Position numbers and translations under genes: made by a program. Shown in pieces: positions 1 to 10,724 of a stretch of 64,000 bases of DNA. A model generated the notes under the pieces. That model did no database searches. It saw nothing but the letters and a program-made list of their open reading frames with translations, and was not told where the DNA came from. This DNA comes from Patescibacteria group bacterium. GTDB lineage: Bacteria > Patescibacteriota > Microgenomatia > UBA10105 > UBA927. The number at the start of each line of letters is the position of its first letter. Positions within the stretch are counted from its first letter, which is position 1. The stretch is taken from contig DATKGN010000013.1 in the NCBI GenBank assembly GCA_035510735.1, positions 64,596 through 128,595 on the forward strand. The letters run 5' to 3'.

Positions 1-988
1 TCGGGTAACTATGAAGGGTATTCCCGGACAAATAGAAAACGACACTACCTAGGAATGCCCGCCAGTCCCACACGAGAAACGGGAGCATAAGGGCAAGACT
101 TACAAATCCGGTCACAAACGTGTAAATCACTATAGATTTCAGTGCGTTTTTGGAGGTAAACCAGACGTAACCAATGAGGAGCGGAAAAGCAAACCACGCG
201 GTCTGCTTTGTCATCATCGCGAGGGCAAATGCGATAGCGCTCAGTATCAGATGTTTCTTATCTACCAGAAAAAGTGCAAGAACAAACCAGAACAGCACCT
301 GGACATCGCTTCTTCCCTCTATAAAATAATTAATCGTCGCAGGATTGAATGCGGTAAGCACAACGGCAATCCGTGCAATATTCTTGTCTTTTATCCAAAT
401 AAAAAGAAGAAATAAGAGACCGAGCATTGAAGCTAAAAGCGGCATCCTGCCATCGAAATATCCGAGCGTTCTCATGGAGACAAAATAAAACGGGTAAGCG
501 CTCAGAAGATACCACGGCGGCATAACGAAATGATAAAGAGCAGGATTTACCGCGTCTTTTCCATCTTCAGCGTAATGCCAGCTCTCCATCGGCGTCCCGA
601 AATAAGTCTCTTTATAGGGATTTTTACCCTTTGTGACGTAGCGGATAGCTGCTTCAAGCTGCAAAATGATGTCATGGGTCTGATAATTTTGACCGGGGGC
701 TATTTTCCCTCGATCCGCGATCGACGTCCACATGGCGCCTACCAGCGCTATAGTGATAATCCCCCACATCGCAGTATTTTTTATAATGGTAAAGAAGCGG
801 CCGGTTGTGTCGGCCCAAAAGGAATATAAAATATTAAAAAAATTAAGGACAAAAAAAATCAAAAAAACCGCGTAGGATGTGCTTTCAACAGGAAAAATCC
901 GGTATTGCATGACCACTGGTGTTGAGAGTGCAAAAAGAAGAGTCGCCTCAAATAAGCAAAGGAGCCTTTTGGAATCCATTGATTTCAT
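1..988 (-). CDS. GT-C superfamily membrane glycosyltransferase (GT87-like), 3' end runs off the window
   Basis: Not in the ORF track because it has no stop inside the window. Manual translation from ATG 988 stays open to position 1: MKSMDSKRLL...THDIILQLEAA...GKNPYKETY...FNPATINYFIEGRSD...ALAMMTKQTAW...LPFLVWD, with many TM helices. An extended -10 TGGTACAAT lies 14 nt upstream. Confidence 0.75.
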   Translation of the reverse strand, partial: MKSMDSKRLLCLFEATLLFALSTPVVMQYRIFPVESTSYAVFLIFFVLNFFNILYSFWADTTGRFFTIIKNTAMWGIITIALVGAMWTSIADRGKIAPGQNYQTHDIILQLEAAIRYVTKGKNPYKETYFGTPMESWHYAEDGKDAVNPALYHFVMPPWYLLSAYPFYFVSMRTLGYFDGRMPLLASMLGLLFLLFIWIKDKNIARIAVVLTAFNPATINYFIEGRSDVQVLFWFVLALFLVDKKHLILSAIAFALAMMTKQTAWFAFPLLIGYVWFTSKNALKSIVIYTFVTGFVSLALMLPFLVWDWRAFLGSVVFYLSGNTLHSYP

Positions 989-1027
989 AACCAATTCTTC
1001 TTATTGTACCACGCTCGAGCCTAATTC

Positions 1028-2506
1028 TCAGTGCTCATATTCATATATCGTTGAAACTCCCACCCTCGTCGACCCGACATTCTTCCACTTCCAAATATCC
1101 AGGATCGGATAATCAAATTTACATAAAAAATCGTAACACATAGTGTATATACGCTCATTCATATGGATCTCATCTATCGTAGGACACTGTCCGCTCTCAC
1201 ACACCAAAAATAACAGATTATAATTTTTGGTATCGATTGGTTGAACAGCGATATGACGTAGCATAAAAAAGAACCGGTAATGAAAATCAGAAAATGAGGG
1301 TGAGGATATAATCGTAAATGAAAACGGTTTTCCGCCGGCCAGCCGGATGATGGCGTCCGTATTAATTTTGGCACGGAGAATATCCCGATTACCGGGTTGG
1401 AGTAAGTCGGTGTGCAATACCATCGTAAAAGCCAATATGATAATAATTCCGTAAACAAACATGTTTGGAATACGCCGGGCAAGCACATACAACGCTTCTC
1501 CCAAGAGAAGAAAGACAAATGGAATCAAACTATACGCATATTGCCGTTGAAGCTTATCCTGATAAAACGCTAGTATCGCGATGCTGAATAAAACAAAAAG
1601 AGAAATATAGCGGGCACTTTTCCGTTTGCTCAGAAAAGCGATGAACAGAATAATAACGACAAATATTAATGAGATATATCGCTGTAAAATCGGTAATAGA
1701 TAATTACCAAGCCACGAACATAACGTTATAACATTATTTATATATACGTGTTTAGAAAAGGCTAAACCCTTTGCTTTAGAAAAAGTAACAAGCGAACCCG
1801 TGATATCAATAAATCCTTTATGCCACTCATAAATCAAGAACGGAAAAAGAGATAATATTCCCAGAAGTACAGCGACGATAAGCCACACTAAATACGTTTT
1901 AACTAATTTATTCCTGAACGCTTCAATGAAAGTAATAACAAGATAAACAAAGGAGGCAATAATCAGGATACCGTTTGCGTAGTGCAGCTGGATAAGTATG
2001 ACGTCAGATAGCATGAGAAGAACAATTGCCCAATATTTATTTCTAGACATCAAGTAGATAGAATTCAAAACCAATAAGGTAAAAAAGGGAACGGTTGTTG
2101 GAGGCCACAAGATTCGATCCTGATGTATAAGCATTGGAGACAAAGCGTAAAGCATGCTTACACCATAACCAAGACTAAAACCAAATAGTGAAGACGCAAG
2201 CATCAGCATGAGGATAACGGAAAATATTTCTATGATACTCATCTCGATAGCCGGAACCACAGGGTTAAAGTGAGACAAAATAAACGATGGGGCAATGAAA
2301 TAATAATAGAAGGGCCCCGTATATTGACCTGTACTAAGAGGAGGCCCGTACACAGGAAACTGTCTCTGTGTAACGAAGTTCATAATGGCGACGCCGTCCC
2401 TACCCTGATCTCCCAAAAACTGCGTTAAATCACTAATTCTGTACAACCGAGCGAATGAAGCCGTAAGAACAAGAACGAGGATTAATAAAATTCTTTTTAT
2501 GTTCAT
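1028..2506 (-). CDS. ArnT/PMT_2-like GT-C glycosyltransferase
   Basis: N-terminal TM then FLGDQGRD acidic loop, GPFYYY, about 11 TM helices and a soluble C-terminal domain; paralog of 30704-32311. Confidence 0.8.
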   Translation of the reverse strand: MNIKRILLILVLVLTASFARLYRISDLTQFLGDQGRDGVAIMNFVTQRQFPVYGPPLSTGQYTGPFYYYFIAPSFILSHFNPVVPAIEMSIIEIFSVILMLMLASSLFGFSLGYGVSMLYALSPMLIHQDRILWPPTTVPFFTLLVLNSIYLMSRNKYWAIVLLMLSDVILIQLHYANGILIIASFVYLVITFIEAFRNKLVKTYLVWLIVAVLLGILSLFPFLIYEWHKGFIDITGSLVTFSKAKGLAFSKHVYINNVITLCSWLGNYLLPILQRYISLIFVVIILFIAFLSKRKSARYISLFVLFSIAILAFYQDKLQRQYAYSLIPFVFLLLGEALYVLARRIPNMFVYGIIIILAFTMVLHTDLLQPGNRDILRAKINTDAIIRLAGGKPFSFTIISSPSFSDFHYRFFFMLRHIAVQPIDTKNYNLLFLVCESGQCPTIDEIHMNERIYTMCYDFLCKFDYPILDIWKWKNVGSTRVGVSTIYEYEH

Positions 2507-4183
2507 TTATAAAGATGAATCTGTTTTTAATACTGATGAGGGTGTCGCCTGATAATTCACAATCTGAAATGCTTCTGAACCACCTCTCCATGATACGGTC
2601 TCCAAAAGTCTATCGTTTACTCCAAGTACACATCCCCCGCGGCGAATAAGCAATATATGCAGTTTGTCCGATATCATATTGTAATCTTTGCTCTGGTTAA
2701 AAGACGGACAATCATAAGGAACAAAAACATATTTATCGAAACCCTGATAATCCAAATCGCGGTGTGATCCAGATGCCTGATATTTCAAAGGATCATATGC
2801 GCTGAAAAATAGAAAATATATATATGGGCTTTCATTTCCTTTGGTAACAATTATTTTGCTATAAGAATTATAATATTTTGGTATTTCCGTTACGAGTTGT
2901 TTATAAGCAAAACCTCGATAAAAAGGGAAATGCACAGGCTGATGTACAAAGAATTCTTCGGTGAAAAATGAAAAATTGATAACGTAAAAAACACCGATTC
3001 CAATCAGTATAAATTTTACACCCAAAACCTTTCTCATCCCTTGACTGAATTCGGTTATTCCTGTTGCGATTAGCGCAGACAAGGGTAACGCGTTAATTAT
3101 GTAACGGTGAATATTCGGAGTCTCGTCAGATGCGAAGGAAAGCAAGGCCGGTGTTATCAGAAGCCAGGAAATAATAAAATATCCCCATCGATATCTTTTG
3201 TGAAATACAGTATAAATACCGTATAACAAAAACGGAAGATCGATTAAATAAAGAATACCAACACTCGGGATAACTTCTCTCCTGGGCTGACCGGCTTCAT
3301 AAAAAAGATAATCAAAACTGAAGTACTGCATGTAATTATGCATAAGATATCGACCATATTCGGATATTTTATTATGAAATAGTCTCGCGGTTTTAGCACC
3401 AATTTGCTGTACCCCGTCCTCTCTGAATTTTTCCTGCAGCGGCAGCATGACTCTGTCGGTCGTAAAAATGTTAACTTGTCCGAGCCGGGCTCCCGAAGAA
3501 TTTAAGGTTAAATATCCCACAGAAATAATCATGAAAATATACAAAACAACCAAATATATTAACCATCTGCCCTTCCAAGTATTCCGTTTAAAATACCAAA
3601 GCAGCGGAATAATAATAGGTACAAATAACCGCGGAATATAATATGTCACCATACTGACACTTAAACTAATCATTGCAGTAAAAAACCATATGAGTTTCCC
3701 GTTATTTTTCCACTTCAGAATAGCGATTAATCCCAAGATAACAAAATCAGAAGCCAATAATGCCGGTTCGCTCTCACGTGATACAAGAATTGTCATTGGC
3801 ATAAGTGCGGACAATCCTGCTGCCAACAGTGATAGGTTATCGCGCTTCGTCAGGTCCTGTATGAATAAAAACGTCAGTAGCACCAAAAGAACACCGCTGA
3901 GAGCCGATGGTAGTCTCGTTGCGAATTCGGTAAGACCGAACATGTAAATAAATGGTATCGAAAGGTATGAATAAAGCGTGCCTTTATAATCCCCGAAGGA
4001 TTTCATTATTATTGGCAATAATTCTCCGTATTCATCTTTTCCGGTTTTCAGAATGGAATATGCGTTATATCCGAATGCCGCCTCATCCGCATGAAAACCC
4101 TCCGGAATCTGACCCAATCGGTAAAAGCGAAGTGCTGTAGACAAAAGAAGAATACACAATAGTATTCCGGTAGTTTTATTCAT
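2507..4183 (-). CDS. ArnT/PMT_2-like GT-C glycosyltransferase
   Basis: LRFYRL...GFHADEAAFGYNAYSILKTGKDEYG and EFATRLPSA motifs; multi-TM; paralog of 9078-10724. Confidence 0.85.
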   Translation of the reverse strand: MNKTTGILLCILLLSTALRFYRLGQIPEGFHADEAAFGYNAYSILKTGKDEYGELLPIIMKSFGDYKGTLYSYLSIPFIYMFGLTEFATRLPSALSGVLLVLLTFLFIQDLTKRDNLSLLAAGLSALMPMTILVSRESEPALLASDFVILGLIAILKWKNNGKLIWFFTAMISLSVSMVTYYIPRLFVPIIIPLLWYFKRNTWKGRWLIYLVVLYIFMIISVGYLTLNSSGARLGQVNIFTTDRVMLPLQEKFREDGVQQIGAKTARLFHNKISEYGRYLMHNYMQYFSFDYLFYEAGQPRREVIPSVGILYLIDLPFLLYGIYTVFHKRYRWGYFIISWLLITPALLSFASDETPNIHRYIINALPLSALIATGITEFSQGMRKVLGVKFILIGIGVFYVINFSFFTEEFFVHQPVHFPFYRGFAYKQLVTEIPKYYNSYSKIIVTKGNESPYIYFLFFSAYDPLKYQASGSHRDLDYQGFDKYVFVPYDCPSFNQSKDYNMISDKLHILLIRRGGCVLGVNDRLLETVSWRGGSEAFQIVNYQATPSSVLKTDSSL

Positions 4184-4286
4184 AAAATAAATTCAATCAA
4201 TATTGCGTACCGGTATTATAACGACTGTTTACCATTATATCCAACGCTTTCAAATTGGTGTGGTCTGTGAAATAATGCGGTAAAAT

Positions 4287-6695
4287 ATGGATTGTGTCCG
4301 AAAATTTATGAGGTCGTATTGGCCGCTCGTCAGCATTATCATCATCATTCTCCTGTTTTTTTACAAAACTGTTATTTTTGGAAAAATTCCGTTTCCGGGC
4401 GATTTACTTCTCTCTGAATATGCGCCGTGGCGGCATGCGTCATACTTCGGCTACGCGCCGGGCGCAATTCCGAGTAAAGCACAGTACTTTGATGTCGTAC
4501 GGGAACTTTATCCGTGGAAAACCCTGGTCATTGACCAGTTGAAAAAATTTCAAATACCGCTCTGGAATCCGTATAATTTTTCGGGAACCCCGCTTCTTGC
4601 CAACTATCAGTCGCAAGTGTTCTACCCACTTGGGATACTCTATTTTATTCTTCCCCAAAAGACAGCGTGGACCGTGCTTCTTATTCTCCAACCCATTCTC
4701 GGATCGGTATTTCTATACTTATTCGCTACGGAAATCGGTCTTTCCGCCACAGCTGGCTTATTAGCTGCACTCCTTTTTAATTTTTCAAGTTTCGCAAATG
4801 TCTGGATGGAATTTAACACCGTTTGGCATACAATTCTCTGGCTTCCCTTACTTCTGTATCTCCTCGAACGAAGCATCCGTGAGAAAAAAATTCCACTTAG
4901 CCGAAAATTAATTTTTATCTTCGTGCTGTTTTCCTCAATTACAGGAGGCCATCCGCAGGATTTTATCGATACTTTTATTTTCCTTTCCGTTTATGAAATT
5001 ATCCGACTAATATCAATCAAAATTTGGACTCCTCAATTCAAACGGACATTTATAATACAACTGTTTTCCATGACAATAATCCCTTTTTTGCTTGCAGGTC
5101 CGCAACTACTTCCGACTATAGAGCTTTTCCGACTCTCTTCACGTGTACCACATGATTTAGCCTTTATTCTCACGACTATGCTCGTCCAATGGTGGCAACT
5201 TCCCATGCTCATCGTCCAAGACTTTTTTGGCAATCCGGCAACGCATTCATACTTTCTCCTTGATACGTATGTCAATAAATCGCTCTCCATCGGGGTCACT
5301 GGTTTTATTCTCGTTGCGGCCTCGTTATTCCAAAAGAAACGCGGCTGGCACCAGAAATTTTTTATCGGCGTGGTCCTCACCGTACTTCTTCTCACCGTTA
5401 ATACTCCGTTTGCGCTGGTATTTTACCGGTTTCCGATTCCAATACTCTCAACTGGAAGTCCAACACGTATACTTTGGATGCTTGCTTTGGCTTTTTCCAT
5501 ACTCGCCGGTTTCGGGTTTGATCGAATCAAAGAGCTATCGTTTAAACAATTCATTCCTCCTTTAATCGTAAGCTTCATGAGTATAGGAATACTGTGGGTT
5601 ATTACGCTCATTCATCCCTCATTCGGAAACGTGATCATGAATACCACAACAACCAAACATGCGCTTATTATCGCGACAGGTATTATTATTTGTCTTTCAT
5701 TTTTACTTTTTATAAAACACCTTCATAAATTTCTTGTATACGGGATAATCCTAATAACCATATTTGAACTCGCGTATTCGTTTATGAAATTCAACCCCTT
5801 TGTCCCCCAAGAATTCATGTATCCTTCACATGCGGTTTTAACCTACTTACAGACTTATGCAGGTATTAACCGATATTGGGGATACGGGACAACACGGATG
5901 GAATCTAATCTAAACGCGCAGTACCAACTGTATACGACAGACGGCACGGATCCGCTCAATCTCGCCTTATACAACAAACTTATCCAGGCAAGTTCCAATG
6001 GAAAAATCGCTGAAGTTTTTGACCGCACAACCAGATCGGATGTCGCTATCGTGAAAGGATACGGCCCCACCGATTTGCCGGACAATCAGTATCGACTCCG
6101 CCTCATGGATCTGTTGGGAGTAAAATATGTCCTTGACCGTTTTGACAACCCTAAAAATAATACAACGTTTTCCGCTGATCATTTTTCACCTGTCTACTCC
6201 ACCCAGGACGGGTATACGATCTATAGAAATGTTAAGGCATTACCACGAGCATTTCTCGCCGACTCGGTCATTACGTATGCTTCGGACAGCCAGTTTGAAA
6301 AACTATTTTTCGATACAGCATTTAACCCGCAAACTACGGTACTCGTACCAGCAACGTCAACAATTCCTAAAACGGAACAAACAGAAAAGAAAGTCGCAGC
6401 CATCACTTCATACACACCGAATTCAGTTGAAATTAGAGCATCAACGGATAAACCGCAAATTCTGTTTCTTTCAGATACATTCGCGCCGGGCTGGAATGCA
6501 ACGATTGATAATAAGCCAACACCGATATTGTTAGCTGACTATGCGTTTCGTGCCGTCGCGCTGCCTCCAGGAGATCATATCGTACGATTTGTCTACTGGC
6601 CGAGGAGTTTTGAGCTCGGTCTAGTTGCAATGGTTATTGGAATCCTTATGACAATTTCTGTTGTTGTGCTTGATACTCTTAAACGAAACGGCTAA
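4287..6695 (+). CDS. YfhO-family GT-C membrane protein
   Basis: PLWNPYNFSGTPLLAN, FFGNP and C-terminal LPRAF...LSDTFAPGWNATID...AFRAVALPPGDH. The start may be ATG 4308. Confidence 0.85.
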   Translation: MDCVRKFMRSYWPLVSIIIIILLFFYKTVIFGKIPFPGDLLLSEYAPWRHASYFGYAPGAIPSKAQYFDVVRELYPWKTLVIDQLKKFQIPLWNPYNFSGTPLLANYQSQVFYPLGILYFILPQKTAWTVLLILQPILGSVFLYLFATEIGLSATAGLLAALLFNFSSFANVWMEFNTVWHTILWLPLLLYLLERSIREKKIPLSRKLIFIFVLFSSITGGHPQDFIDTFIFLSVYEIIRLISIKIWTPQFKRTFIIQLFSMTIIPFLLAGPQLLPTIELFRLSSRVPHDLAFILTTMLVQWWQLPMLIVQDFFGNPATHSYFLLDTYVNKSLSIGVTGFILVAASLFQKKRGWHQKFFIGVVLTVLLLTVNTPFALVFYRFPIPILSTGSPTRILWMLALAFSILAGFGFDRIKELSFKQFIPPLIVSFMSIGILWVITLIHPSFGNVIMNTTTTKHALIIATGIIICLSFLLFIKHLHKFLVYGIILITIFELAYSFMKFNPFVPQEFMYPSHAVLTYLQTYAGINRYWGYGTTRMESNLNAQYQLYTTDGTDPLNLALYNKLIQASSNGKIAEVFDRTTRSDVAIVKGYGPTDLPDNQYRLRLMDLLGVKYVLDRFDNPKNNTTFSADHFSPVYSTQDGYTIYRNVKALPRAFLADSVITYASDSQFEKLFFDTAFNPQTTVLVPATSTIPKTEQTEKKVAAITSYTPNSVEIRASTDKPQILFLSDTFAPGWNATIDNKPTPILLADYAFRAVALPPGDHIVRFVYWPRSFELGLVAMVIGILMTISVVVLDTLKRNG

Positions 6696-9016
6696 ATCGG
6701 CTTCCGTTTACTCACGTTCACAGAAATTCCCAAGAGCATTACGAAACTTACTATTGAAAGTGCCATAGATTCATTCCAACCCGTAGGGGTATAGCTGAAA
6801 AAAACCGTAGATTTCCCCTGTGGAACGACTACGGCCCTAAAATTATAGTTTGCCCTGTACAACACGGTCCCGCGGCCGTTAACCGTAGCATTCCATCCGG
6901 GGTAGTATGCGTCTGAAACGTAAAATATGGCAGGCACGGTTGTATTCACCGAAAACTCCTGTGAATTAAGCGTCGTACGAATGAGTGACGCCGAACCGGT
7001 TCCCTCGTGAATAACAACTGGTAGTTTCGATTCGAGAAGCACCGTGGAAGTCGTATCGACTGCGTCGGTTCCCAGTATATGAAGAATTGAATTACCGGAC
7101 AAATTGTCTTTTACATTATAAAATAGGCCGAATCGCTGGTGTGACTCTTCATTCCTATATACATCCAACCGGTCATTTGAAAATACGCGCGTCAAATCCG
7201 CCATATATTTCGGGGTTAAAAAATATACAGTAGATGGAAATGTACCAGCTGGCGCAACAATATATTTAACACCCAAAAAGTCAAGAGTCCTTTTGAGATT
7301 AGGTTCATACGATAAATAATATTTATTAACCGGCAAAGATCCTGTAGGGTGACCCATCAGCGTATTGAGTAATACGGCGGTCCTTTCAGGATATAAAGGG
7401 TTATATGTTTCAACACTATAAATTCCGAAATACGTCGGTAATTCAGGCTCAATGAATCCGAAAACCCGATCAAGCGTTTTATCAGTATGAGATTTGATGA
7501 ATGAAGTTACGTCAGAATTCGGGTACAAAAACTTGGTATTGGAAAAAGTGAGAAACCGGTATCCGACACGGAACAAATCAAAATAGGTTAAAAAAACCAC
7601 TGCGATAACAAATACCGTACCTGCTAAATAACTGAATTTCTTTCTTGTGATGAAATATAAAATGGTTATTACCAGAAATAAACAAAGAATAATTATGGGA
7701 AACTTAAGATTTGCTACAACAGGAAACGGTACGTGAAGCAGTTTTGCAAAAATTAAGGATGCCACGAATGTCAAGACGACGAACCCACCATAAATCAAAA
7801 TCGATACAATACTGCGTTTGTCTTTAGACTGGTGTACAAATTCGGATATACCGAACCCGGCAAGCATTGCACCGCATGCTTCCGTTATAAAAAATAACCG
7901 TGCGCCTGACCCGCTTGTGATAACCGGTATTCTTAACCAATAAAGTAATTGGGCCACTCCGTCTAGTGAGAACAATATCCCCAGGCAAAATAAGACAGTA
8001 AACAACCGTACAATTGTATTTTTCCTTTGTACGATCATTGCGTAGATTGCAAAGAATAGCGGGATAATTCCGAAATATCCGCTTTGCTCGATATAGCTTA
8101 TATGCAGATCATGAGTGAGCGGATTTCCGAAAAAATCTGGGGCCAATAACCGAAGAAGCTGATAGGGCTTGAGGAGATCTCCTGAAAATACGGTATATGC
8201 GCTTTCGATGCCCCGATATGAAGAGCGGAACATTTCGAAACTCGGAATAATCTGGACAGCACTTACTCCCAATCCCAAGATCATGGAAATTCCCAAAAAC
8301 ATATATTGCTTTAACGCCGCATGGACAACCTTCCCGTAAATAAACAAAAAGCTAAGCACGATAATCATTTCGTATGCCAAATACTGTAAATGTCCGGCGA
8401 ATACCACGCAGGCGAGACTCAGTCCCAATCCCAATAGCCATGCGCCCCGCGGTATATCAAGATATTTTTTTACGAGAAACAAAAATAGCGGCAGCCATAA
8501 CAATGCATTTCCGTCTGATCCGAATTCCAAGACGCCGACCATGAGCGTGCTGAATGCAAAAGCAATCCCCGACAATAATGATGCGCTTCGGCGAAGTCCG
8601 AGGCTTCGCATGAAGAGATACATAAAAAACATGCTTCCGAATAGTTGAAAAAGAAGTAGTGCATGCCATGAAGCGATCTCTCCTAAAGGGAATAACAGGT
8701 TTATCGGGTACCATACCATCGGCTTCATGCCCGCCATAAACGGCATACCCGTAAATTGATACGGGTTCCAAAACGGAATTTGTCCGTGAGTCAAGGAATT
8801 GAAGGCGAGATGTCGCCACGGAAATAACTGCAAAATACTGTCCTGCATATATGCATTCTTAAGAAGAATGGTGCTCGCGAAGTGCCAGGGAGAATAATTA
8901 CTCACCAGAAGGTCAAGTGGCAACAACACTAACCCCTGGAAAATGGGGTAGACGTAGATAATGGTCAGAATAAATATCAATACAATAAATCCGTATCGCG
9001 CCACTGCTTTACCCAT
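6692..9016 (-). CDS. YfhO-family GT-C membrane protein
   Basis: PFWNPYQFTGMP, APDFFGNP, SDAYYPGWNATVNG...ANYNFRAVVVPQG; stop codon overlaps that of the convergent YfhO gene. Confidence 0.85.
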   Translation of the reverse strand: MGKAVARYGFIVLIFILTIIYVYPIFQGLVLLPLDLLVSNYSPWHFASTILLKNAYMQDSILQLFPWRHLAFNSLTHGQIPFWNPYQFTGMPFMAGMKPMVWYPINLLFPLGEIASWHALLLFQLFGSMFFMYLFMRSLGLRRSASLLSGIAFAFSTLMVGVLEFGSDGNALLWLPLFLFLVKKYLDIPRGAWLLGLGLSLACVVFAGHLQYLAYEMIIVLSFLFIYGKVVHAALKQYMFLGISMILGLGVSAVQIIPSFEMFRSSYRGIESAYTVFSGDLLKPYQLLRLLAPDFFGNPLTHDLHISYIEQSGYFGIIPLFFAIYAMIVQRKNTIVRLFTVLFCLGILFSLDGVAQLLYWLRIPVITSGSGARLFFITEACGAMLAGFGISEFVHQSKDKRSIVSILIYGGFVVLTFVASLIFAKLLHVPFPVVANLKFPIIILCLFLVITILYFITRKKFSYLAGTVFVIAVVFLTYFDLFRVGYRFLTFSNTKFLYPNSDVTSFIKSHTDKTLDRVFGFIEPELPTYFGIYSVETYNPLYPERTAVLLNTLMGHPTGSLPVNKYYLSYEPNLKRTLDFLGVKYIVAPAGTFPSTVYFLTPKYMADLTRVFSNDRLDVYRNEESHQRFGLFYNVKDNLSGNSILHILGTDAVDTTSTVLLESKLPVVIHEGTGSASLIRTTLNSQEFSVNTTVPAIFYVSDAYYPGWNATVNGRGTVLYRANYNFRAVVVPQGKSTVFFSYTPTGWNESMALSIVSFVMLLGISVNVSKRKPI

Positions 9017-9064
9017 ATCTCTAACTTCCTTATCTTCTCTTATGGACTTTACTCAAATCCGTCA

Positions 9065-9070
9065 TATAAT
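9065..9070 (+). promoter_or_regulatory. -10 box 7 nt upstream of ATG 9078 (probable leaderless transcript)
   Basis: TATAAT-ctaacaa-ATG with no SD. Confidence 0.55.
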
Positions 9071-9077
9071 CTAACAA

Positions 9078-10724
9078 ATGGTAACATTTTTAAAAAGAAA
9101 TATACAATTAATCATTATATTCCTTATTGCTATTGGCCTACGAACGATTCATCTCGGGACAATTCCAAACGGCTTTCATGTTGATGAACTCGACGCAGGG
9201 TACATAGGGAGATACATCTGGACACATGGCAAAGATATTTTGGGCAACTATTTACCCTTTGTATATAACAAATTCGGTGATTACCGGCCGACAGGAATAT
9301 TTTATCTGTCCGGACTTTCCGCACTTATTTTCGGATCAACCGAATTTGCCGTACGATTTCCTGCAGCTCTCATAGGGGGGATCACAGTGGTTGCGATATA
9401 TTTTTTAGCTTTGGAATTCTTTTCAAATAAGTCGATTGCACTTTTTTCTGCAATTCTCTTGGCTGTAATGCCCTGGCATCTCGTGCTTTCCCGGGCAACC
9501 TCAGAAGGCATCATCGGCTTATTTTTTGTGATTCTCGGACTAGGGTTACTCATGAAAAGCTACAGAACCAATTCCCCCAGAATGATGATAGTTGCGGGAT
9601 TATCCCTTATTGCAAGTTATCTGTTTTATCATCCTTTTCGGATTCTCGTTCCGCTGTGCCTCCTCCCCCTATTATTTACCCCCGGACGGCATAAACATAT
9701 TAAGCTCGCTTCAATAATTCTGTTTTGCCTTGCATCTTTCTTCACCTTACTCACCGTATTTACAGTCGCCGGAAACGGAAGACTCAATCAGGTCGCTTTT
9801 TACCAAAACCCTGATCTGGCGACATTAACACAGGATCTCATCGCCGGAGAAGGCCCGAATAATGTCTTAGAGGCGCGTATTTTCCATAACAAAATCGTCG
9901 CATTTACCCAGGAATTTGTGAAACAATACTCAAGCTATTTTTCTACTGAATTTTTAATACAAACCGGCGGATTACCCAAACGATATGCCGTTCCTCAGGA
10001 GGGACTTATCTACGTTTCATTTTTTGTACTGTTCATCATAGGATTACTCACAATAATCTCGTATAAGGTGAAATGGAAGAGTTTATACATATTATACCTT
10101 CTGGTAATCGCCCCACTGCCCGCTGCCGTCACGTACGAAGATACTCCGAACATTCACCGGGCTGTATTTTTGATACTCCCTATTATTCTTCTCACCGCAT
10201 ATGGGTTGTATAGACTGCTGGATTTAGTAAAATCGAAAACAAAGAATTATATATTTCTTCTCATCATTGTGCTGTGTATTATTTCAGTCGAAACGATCAA
10301 TTTCTGGCACTACTACACGATTTTTGCACCATCGTCTGAAAGTTATTCACGTGATGATGGGTTGGCTCAGCTTGTACAATTAGCATACGCGGAAAAGGGA
10401 AAATACAAATATATTTATCTCCCAGGATATGAAAACCTTCCGCTGTATTATCTATTTTATACATCAGATTATCAAAACATACACTTCCGGAATAACCCAA
10501 ATGATGTTCTTCTTGATAAAATAGACAATGTCATATTCGTACCCGACTGGTGCTCCACGCGTTATCTTAGATGGAAAAATCTTCTTGCCCCGTCAACGCT
10601 TATTATAGACAGAGATGATTGTGAAGGATTTACCGGTATCGGGAAAATTGGTGAAATCGATAGAAAAGATTTAACGAAAGCATTCAAACTTCTCAGATTT
10701 ATCCCTGAAGAATACCATAAATAA
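9078..10724 (+). CDS. ArnT/PMT_2-like GT-C glycosyltransferase
   Basis: GFHVDELDAGY, EFAVRFPAA, ARIFHNKI, EDTPNIHR; multi-TM. Confidence 0.85.
   Translation: MVTFLKRNIQLIIIFLIAIGLRTIHLGTIPNGFHVDELDAGYIGRYIWTHGKDILGNYLPFVYNKFGDYRPTGIFYLSGLSALIFGSTEFAVRFPAALIGGITVVAIYFLALEFFSNKSIALFSAILLAVMPWHLVLSRATSEGIIGLFFVILGLGLLMKSYRTNSPRMMIVAGLSLIASYLFYHPFRILVPLCLLPLLFTPGRHKHIKLASIILFCLASFFTLLTVFTVAGNGRLNQVAFYQNPDLATLTQDLIAGEGPNNVLEARIFHNKIVAFTQEFVKQYSSYFSTEFLIQTGGLPKRYAVPQEGLIYVSFFVLFIIGLLTIISYKVKWKSLYILYLLVIAPLPAAVTYEDTPNIHRAVFLILPIILLTAYGLYRLLDLVKSKTKNYIFLLIIVLCIISVETINFWHYYTIFAPSSESYSRDDGLAQLVQLAYAEKGKYKYIYLPGYENLPLYYLFYTSDYQNIHFRNNPNDVLLDKIDNVIFVPDWCSTRYLRWKNLLAPSTLIIDRDDCEGFTGIGKIGEIDRKDLTKAFKLLRFIPEEYHK

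Noticed and set aside
836-867. A8 and A7 homopolymer runs in the first GT-C gene as phase-variation tracts
   Set aside because: They encode Phe/Leu-rich TM sequence, the frame is intact, and similar runs are common in these AT-rich genes.
330-1112. Short ORFs 330-515, 530-829 and 879-1112 in the track
   Set aside because: They are shadows of the real minus-strand GT-C gene at 1-988 and the end of 1028-2506.
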